Below, piece by piece: positions 26,795 through 35,057 of a stretch of 35,057 nt of DNA. The notes beneath the pieces are model-generated. The model ran no database searches and was not told the origin of the DNA. It saw nothing but the letters and a program-made list of their open reading frames with translations. A program made the position numbers and the translations under genes. The DNA comes from Neocallimastix sp. 'constans'. Taxonomy: Eukaryota. The stretch lies in contig JBODTK010000153.1 of assembly GCA_050613775.1 (NCBI GenBank), positions 372,001 through 407,057 of the forward strand, in the 5' to 3' direction. Positions within the stretch are counted from its first letter, which is position 1. Every line of letters begins with the position of its first letter.

Positions 26795-28612
26795 ATTATT
26801 TCAAATTTAAATATTGTAAAAATGAAAATAAAAAGAAGAATATTATTATTATTAGCTGTATTTTTAATATTAATTTAACAACTTTTTATTTCATAAAAAT
26901 CACAAATACCAATGTTATATTCTATGCTAAAAATATAAAGAATTTAAAGCCATTTGAATTAAATATTAAGCATTATAAAAGTTTTACTAATAATTATTGT
27001 CAAGCAAATTTTCCTATTCTTGCTGAATATATGAAGCCAGTATCAGTATATTTTATTATAATAATATATAATGACATCTATATAAATGAAATTTCAATTG
27101 ACATTAATAATTAGAAAAAATTAATTATTTATTCATATTTACTTGAAAAATTAGAAAAATGCAGAACTTACAATGATTCATATTGTTACCAGACAAGTTG
27201 ATAGGTTGTTATTTAAATATAATAGGATAATTATTATTATTGTTATCTTTTCTTTTTTTTTTTATTTTTTTTTTTTAAAAAAATTACTAAACATTTAAAT
27301 GAAATTATTATTAATAATTATTAAAATCCCCAACACATGCTTTACCAAATGAAAATATAACTTGGGATGTTTGTAATTATAGTGAAGGCATTCAAGTATC
27401 TTCTTTTCCAGATTTTATTATTAATAAAAAGTAGATGTTGATTTAATATATAATCCATATGCAAACAAGTTTAATGGAAAGGAAGCTATGGAATTGGTCA
27501 ACTAATTGATAAAGGAATTAAACAGAATAAAAATTTGGAACTCATTTAAATATATTTAAATTTAAAGGATGATTATAACCTTAATAAAAATAAGGTTCAA
27601 ACTGAAAAATGGTTTTGGGATGTTGATAGTATAAATAAAGAAGATTATGAAAAAGAATTAAAATCAAAAAAAATTAGAGGAAGAATATGAGACAAGAGTA
27701 CTGAAACAAGGAAGTATATGATATTTATCAGACTTTCATTATTTATTAATTTATCTATATAATCATTTATTTATTTAGTTATTTATATATATATATACTT
27801 TATATTTATTATATAAATTAAAAAAAATTACATTCAAATTATTAAATAAAGTAGTACAATGGTATCTGCTCAGGCTTTCCTTTATGAGTTCATAATAAAT
27901 GATAAAAATATATATTATTAAATATTTCACCAAGATATCTTGAAATGTTAACACCTGTTGCACATCCATGTCATAGACTTAGAAGTTATGTTGATATAAT
28001 GAAAAATTCAACAAATTATAAAAAAAAAGCTGAAGAAACAGAAAAATCATATAAAATTTTTTAAAAAAAAAAATTCTCGGTACTAAAAAATATGAATAAG
28101 GTTTTGAACATTATTTTGATACTATACAAGGTAGGAGATATTGGGTTAAACCATTGCCTTGTTCGAAAGAATTTCATCAATCCAGTGATGAATAAAAAAA
28201 AAAAAAAAGAAACGGAATGTGTAAATTAATTTTTAGTAGATATTGTTATTGATATTGGTAATTGGTAAAAGAACTTTTTAATATAATATCAGAGGATGGA
28301 GTGGTACATTTGAACTTGCTAAAATGAGAGTTGCTCCATTACTTTTAGAGTTTCTTGTAAATATTTTAGGTAGAATTCAAGGTTTTAGATCATCATTGTT
28401 TCCTTTTATATTCTGCGCATGATATTACAATATCAGCATATCAGCAATATCAAGTGTATTGTTAGATAAACCTTTTCATTGGTCAGGGTAAAGAATAATT
28501 GTTATTTTAAATATTATATTATTATATTATTTAAAGATAATAATAAAATAAATAAATAAATAAGAGAAATAAAATAGAATAAAATATAATAATAATAAAG
28601 AAAAAAAAAAAG

Positions 28613-28800
28613 TAAAAATAAAAATAAAAATAAAAATAAAAATAAAAATAAAAATAAAAATAAAAATAAAAATAAAAATAAAAATAAAAATAAAAATAAA
28701 AATAAAAATAAAAATAAAAATAAAAATAAAAATAAAAATAAAAATAAAAATAAAAATAAAAATAAAAATAAAAATAAAAATAAAAATAAAAATAAAAATA
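28613..28800. repeat. (TAAAAA)n hexamer microsatellite, about 31 copies, inside a pseudogene intron
   Basis: Directly visible uninterrupted repeat. Confidence 0.95.
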
Positions 28801-28921
28801 ATATTAAATATTTATTTATAAATTTATTATATTAATATATATATTTATAATAAAGATATGCGTCAAATATAATAATTGAACTTTAGGAATCTACTAATTC
28901 AACAAATAATGACAAATACTT

Positions 28922-29211
28922 CTTTAGAATAATCTACAATGGTAAACCAAATATAATGGCATGGTGTAATGAAACTTCTGAAATACATAAAAAAATTAAT
29001 AAGTATCAAAATTCTACAAATAATATGGATAATTTAAATAATTATAAAAGAGATGAAAATTTAGTACTTTAGAATAATCTACAATGGTAAACCAAATATA
29101 ATGGCATGGTGTAATGAAACTTCTGAAATACATAAAAAAATTAATAAGTATCAAAATTCTACAAATAATATGGATAATTTAAATAATTATAAAAGAGATG
29201 AAAATTTAGTA
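28922..29211. repeat. Perfect tandem duplication, 2 x 145 bp
   Basis: 28922-29066 and 29067-29211 are identical by eye (ctttagaataatctacaatgg...gatgaaaatttagta). Confidence 0.95.
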
Positions 29212-30476
29212 AACTATGATGATAGATCATACAATACTTTAAATAACTTTAAAGCTTATCTACAACACACAATAATTTACGAACTAATTTAAACGTAGAT
29301 TACAATAATAAATCAACATCTGTTGTATCTTTAATGTATATAATGAAGATTAAAAAAAAAAATTGCAAGTGAATATTTTCAATACAGTAAACATTATTTT
29401 AATTAATATATTTATTTATTTATTTATTATTCTTATCATTATTATCATTATTATCATTATCATCATTATATTCATTATTCTAAGTAATTATAATTACTCA
29501 TATTAAATCTTTTTTTTTTTTATTTTATTTTTTTTTTTTTTTTTTCATTTCTTTAATTAATAATAATAATTATTATTAATATTATTATAATTATTTTTAG
29601 CTTATAGTATATTATAATACTATATAAGAATGTTTAAAATATTATATTAATTTATAATTATTATTTTATTAAATATAGAAGAATAAAATTTTAAATTATA
29701 ATTATTTATATTATATAAATTGAACAGTTTTCGTGTTAAAAAAAAAAAAAAAGTGAGCTCTATACATTAAAAAAATATAATAATATTGATAATATTATAA
29801 TTGAATTTTACATACATTATATATAGTTTTTTAACATTAAAATATAATATTAAACTATTTTTATATTTATAATATTAAACTATGTGTTATCTAACCAATT
29901 AATAAAATGTTGTATTTAAATTATACAGTTATCTTAATTCGAATTTATATATTTTTTAATTACTAATAACTAAAATTTTATTATTTCAAGTTTTTATTTG
30001 TTTTTGTTTTTATTATTCTATATAATATAAATTAAATATCAAAAATTCTATTACTATATATTCAATTGTATAAAAATTAGTTAAAATATATTATTTTTTT
30101 AATTAAATTTAGATTCATCAAATTTGGATAATTTCCATTATAGTATAAAGTCAACAATAATTTAAATTTAATAATAAAAGTAAATATAAAGTAATATATA
30201 ATAAAATATATTAAATCAATTTTACCATAAATTTTGAATTTTACTAATATATAATAATTAATATATTAATTTATATTTATTATATATATCCAAAAAATAT
30301 ATATATATTATTAGTTCCTTTTTATATAATATATACTATATAATATATTATTTAATTAAAAACATGGCAAAAGTTAATTCTTTTTTTTTTTTTTTTTTTT
30401 TATATTAATATTTAACATATTAAAAATTAAAATTTATTATTGAATATAAGCTGAAAATATGTTATAATAATATAAT

Positions 30477-32327
30477 TGTTAAAATATGTGAAATATATGA
30501 AAAATAAGCTTCAAATGTATTAAATAATATTTTAATATAAATAATGTACAAGCTACAATGTAATAATATAAAAGTATTCAATTTAAAATACTAGAAACTC
30601 TATATCGTAAAATATAGTAATAAACCCTAAATTCCTGATTCTTAACCGATTAAGAGTCTCATCGACTCTTAGAAAGATTCTTAGCAAAAGAATAGCTTGC
30701 AGGATACAATATTTTGTGAAAGAAAAATAAATTGTGATAAAGTTGCTTATAATGTAAATTTGAGAAAGACTAATAAAACTGAACATTTGAAATGATCAAG
30801 ATTGCAAAATTGAAGAAATGCATAAAAATATAAAATACTTGATAAAAGAGATTATCTCAAGTAAAATAAAACTCCAAAAATATAAAGATATTAATTTAGT
30901 AGATAAAAACACACTTAAGTATATATAGAATCTAATTATATATCTTCAGACTCCTATAGAGACTTCTAATTGAAATTAAAATTTGATAATTTAACTAATA
31001 AAACTCTAGGCTATTAATAATGTACTATATTTATACATAAAAGAATCTACTCTTTGGTAAGCTCTTTCCACACCATGAATATACAAAACACAATTTAATA
31101 TTATACATTCCTTATAAATATTTAAACAATCATATTAAATAATGGTTATTAATAAACCACAAAGCATATTATTTATAGTATAGTTATTTTAATGCTTATT
31201 TATACATATCAAGCGAATATATATACATTAACAACAATAATGGGGGATAATGAGAGATCCCATACAAAATAATATATAATATAATACCCTAAATATTCAA
31301 GGGAAATATATAGAATAATAAATCTTAGCGTGAAATACATACATTCTAACAATAAGAGTATTATTAAACCTAGCATGAAATGGTTTTGGATAGTAACTAA
31401 ATTATTATAATTATAATACAAACCTTCGTAATGAAAGGTATAATACAATTAATAAATATAACCATGAGTTATATGCAAATAGATGACGTTTATTCATCCA
31501 CAAACTATACTTATTGTATTAAAAGTATTCAAAAAGTTATCATTATTAAACTTATATCATTAATATTTTAAAAATGAGAAAATTCAAATATAAAATAAAG
31601 AAAATAAAATATTAAAGGAAAGTTGCTTAACCGATTCTTTGTGATGAATTTTTAAAAATCATATTTATTTTGGAAATGAATAAAAGTAGCCTAATAGAGA
31701 AAATTAGCCTCCAATAAGAAATTAACTGAAACACTGAATCGTAATAAATTATGAAATAATTTACATTATTTACTAATGAATTTAAATGACTAAATATAAT
31801 TAGTCATAAATGAAATCAATTTTAATATCCCAAGATTATAATTTATCAAGTACAAAGCAAATAAATATATATAAGCAAGTTGTTGTTAATCTTCAAAAGA
31901 AATGAAAGTGATATAAAACTCAATATATGAGGAGTATTCACACAAATTGAAATGATATAATATCTCTCTTCAAGAAAAATATTTCTATCATATAAATGAC
32001 ATATATAAACAATTTATTGTAAGAGATGTCTTAAACCTAGTATATATTAATAATGTAATAATATTAAATAATTAGCTTTTGGAGGAAATTATTAAATTGT
32101 GATTATATTTAAGATATTATTTTAACAATATTTAAATTGAATTAAAGATTTATATTATGTAAAAATTATTTTATTCATATAATATTAGAAGATAATTTAA
32201 AACAATTAAATATTATAGAAAATGAAAATTTTATATATGCATATTCACAAATAAACCTATTTATTCATTATAGAAAAACTGGTATAAGGGGGGGAATAAT
32301 TGAATATGTGAAATATATGAAAAATAA
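30477..32327 (+). mobile_element. Degenerate, internally deleted LTR retrotransposon relic (probably Ty1/Copia) with a truncated 3' LTR
   Basis: A 25-bp exact direct repeat (30483-30507 and 32303-32327); the first copy is preceded by TGTTAA (TG terminus) and the second by the polypurine tract AAGGGGGGGAA (32286-32296). The interior is richer in GC than the flanks and has weak remnants in Copia order: IPYKIIYN (31257, integrase), FKYK and FWK.NK (RT), YFI..ILEDN...L..IENEN (32161, RNase H end). Confidence 0.62.
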
Positions 32328-32633
32328 TTTTATTAAAATATAATTAGTATTTGATAATTTGACAAAATAACGTAATAAAATCAAAAAATGGACCAAACTA
32401 ATGATGTTAATCATATTCCGGAATAATATTTTATCATAAAAATATACTTCAAAAACTATAAATTAATATATAATATATATTGATTGAATTTATTACAATA
32501 TAATATATTAATTTAATAAATGGATAAATGTGAAATTCATTATATATATATATATATATTTTTGTATTGCTTATAAGATGATAAAAAAAGGAATAGATAA
32601 TAATAAAATTAGAGTATATATATTTATTTTTTT

Positions 32634-32685
<52 letters not shown>

Positions 32686-33423
32686 CCTATATGAAATAAA
32701 GGATTATAATAATTGAATAATAATTTATTTATTTATTCTTATTTTATTAAAAAGTAAAAATAATAAATTAATAAATAAATAAATAGATAAAAAAATAACT
32801 GAATAACAATAATAAAATAAGAAAAAATATATAAGATTTTAAAAATCAAAATTAAAAATTTAAAAATATTTTAATATAAAAAGTTATTATTAAGATATCA
32901 AAAACTTAAATATAATAACAATTATTATTTAATATTTTCTATAAAATCAACTCATAATATAGGTAAAAATTGATATTAAGTAATAATAATAATAATAATA
33001 AATAAGAGTATATATATATTTTTTTTTTTTTTTTTTTTTTTTTAATAGTTAATATCATAATTTTAAATTAAATTGTAATAAAAAATATTTGATTGATTAT
33101 AATATAAAAGTATTATTAATCTGAATTTATAATAAAAATTAAAACATAGTTCTAATAATTATAATAATAATAATAATAGTAATAATAGAAAAAATTATAC
33201 TATAATTTCCAATTTTTTGTTTTTATTATATTGTTTTGTTAAATATCAAATACTAATTATATATTAATAAATTCTATATGCTTTATTTTTCACATAGACA
33301 TTTTATATAATATTATAATTCCATAAGAATATTTAAAATTTCTAATATTGAAATATATATTACAATAAAACTTTTTCTATAAAATTAATAATAATATAAT
33401 AATAGTAATAGTAATTATTCAAA

Positions 33424-34234
33424 ATGGATAAAATGGGAAAATTATTGAGTAAAATTATTAATAGAAATAATTTGGGGAAAAAAATAAATGAGGTCATAGA
33501 TAAAGATTATCTCTATTCAATAGAAAAAACAATTGAAAATTTAACAGGTAAAATATAAATATTATTTTCAATAAATTTATATAATTTTTATAAATATTAA
33601 TTTAAGAAATAAAAGTCATAATATTTATTAAGTTGTATATTTAATAATAAAAAATAAATAAATAAATAAATAAAAAAGATGAATATCTTTTGCTAATTTT
33701 TTTTATACTTTTATTATTTATTTATTCGTATATGATTTTTTTTTTTTTTTTTTTTTTTTTATGATTTATTATTTATTTTTATTAATAGAAAATATCGAGA
33801 ATAAAAAAAAATTATATAGAACAGAACGCTCAAAACTCAATATCTATCAACATCCATTCTTAATTTCAAAATATTTTTGTCTTTATTTATTAGAAACTTT
33901 TCGTGAAATAGGAAGATTTATTCTTTCCCATTTAATTGCCATATCTCTTATAATATTTTTAGTAATCGGTGGTATATATTTTGTTGAAACTAATGTTGAT
34001 CATGAAGTAAATATCAAAAAAAAAAAAAAAAAAGAAAAAAAAAAATATATATATATATATATATAATATATTTAGTATGAAATTTTAAAAAAGGAGTTAT
34101 CATAAATGAAGAGAAATAATAGTAATAATAATAATAATAAATATAATAATAACAATAAATAATAATAATAATAATAATAATAAATATAATAATAACAATA
34201 AATAATAATAATAATAAATATAATAATAACAATA

Positions 34235-34267
<33 letters not shown>

Positions 34268-35057
34268 TATAACATTATAACAATAATAAAAATAATATAA
34301 TGAAAATAATTATTATTTTAATAATAATGAAACAATCATATAATAATAGTAATGAGGTAATAACAATAATAATGAATATAATTTTATGAACAATTTATAA
34401 AATAGATATTGCATTTAATTAGAAGCATGTTCATTTGGTATGGTTATTGGATAATGCTTGGTATTTTATCATCTATTGGTCTTGGAACGGGTTTACATAC
34501 ATTTGTTATATTCCTTGGTCCACATATTGCAGAAGTAACTACAGCAGCATATACCTGTGGAAATTTAAATTTTAAGGTTTATGGTGAAGGAAGGTATGAA
34601 TTTAATAGCATGTTAAATTATATTTATTGAATAAAAAATAATATTTATGCATAAATTAAAAATGTACATTTAATAATATAAATATTTAAAAAAAAAAAAA
34701 ATGAAAAATTAAAAAATAGTTTTATATGTAGTGGTGAACCTCTTTCACATCCAATTTCTATATTATCCATATATTCAAAGATTAAAATGCCAGTATTTTT
34801 ATGGGGTTTAGGAACAGCAATAGGTGAATTACCTCCATATTTTGTTTCAAGAGCCGGTAAATATTTTTATTAAGCGATAAATTAGAAAATAATAATAATA
34901 ATAATAATAAAATGAAATGAAAGAAAATTTTAATGAGTAAATATATTAATTATATAACAAATCTTTTATTTATTATTATTATTATTTTAATATTATAGCT
35001 GCTTTAACTGGTCAAAATACGTTGGATATTTCCAAATTTGAAAATGTTAATGAAGAT
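33424..35057 (+). CDS. VMP1: Vacuole membrane protein 1 (VMP1/TMEM49, DedA/VTT family scramblase), 3' end outside the window; exons 33424-33547, 33789-34006, 34406-34593, 34720-34856, 34999->35057
   Basis: Signature sequences [39 protein letters not shown] and [18 protein letters not shown], joined in frame by GT-AG introns. Confidence 0.95.

Larger units (their letters stand above)
26822..29353 (+). pseudogene. Disrupted histidine acid phosphatase (branch 2, secreted or membrane-anchored type) pseudogene
   Basis: Hydrophobic N-terminus followed by a frameshift (~26876); NYCQANFP; active-site RHGDR reads RQVDR (27191-27204); KPLPC; LYSAHD (HD at 28418-28423); YASNIIIEL* (TAG where W is expected); FRIIYNGK. 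There are several stops and frameshifts, an 8-bp duplication and a 145-bp duplication. The end coordinate is approximate. Confidence 0.85.

Noticed and set aside
28150..28180. LPCSKEFH resembling a RING-H2 finger fragment
   Set aside because: It fits the KPLPC block of fungal histidine phosphatases in context, and the other RING ligands are absent.
28613..28800. (TAAAAA)n and other arrays as telomeric repeats or CRISPR arrays
   Set aside because: They are simple intronic microsatellites with no spacers and no G-rich telomeric unit, in a eukaryotic context.
26822..29353. Alternative genetic code or stop read-through explaining the phosphatase stops
   Set aside because: Frameshifts and catalytic-residue loss co-occur, and neighbouring genes use the standard code with TAA stops.
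30680..30930. Second RNase H-like remnant (INCD...HKNIKYLIKEIISSKIKL) inside the putative 5' LTR
   Set aside because: The similarity is too weak in K/I/N-biased sequence to support without a profile search.
30583..31448. Minus-strand ORFs 30583-30786 and 31209-31448 as genes
   Set aside because: They are short, lack any recognisable motif, and lie antisense within the TE relic.

Overview
Extremely AT-rich, intron-dense eukaryotic DNA. The combination of a motile-flagellum gene (CFAP57), VMP1, fungal-type proteins, short GT-AG introns and long (TAT)n tracts points to an anaerobic gut fungus (Neocallimastigomycota); this assignment is an inference. Gene order: Nup37-like WD40 nucleoporin (+, 541-2802, with a probable 5-nt micro-exon); CFAP57/WDR65 (-, 3367-8994); an unrecognised ~1680-aa Asn/Gln-rich protein (-, 9759-15436); SPT2 histone chaperone (+, 18601-20643); Vps34 class III PI3-kinase (-, 21467-26317); a histidine acid phosphatase pseudogene carrying a perfect 145-bp tandem duplication (+, ~26822-29353); a condensed, decayed Ty1/Copia-like LTR relic (~30477-32327); and VMP1 (+, from 33424, runs off the window). 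I found no clearly new multi-gene system. The best leads are the micro-exon, the frequent AAG/poly-A splice acceptors, the Vps34-VMP1 linkage, the orphan prion-like protein and the LTR relic. All gene models were assembled by hand without alignment tools.
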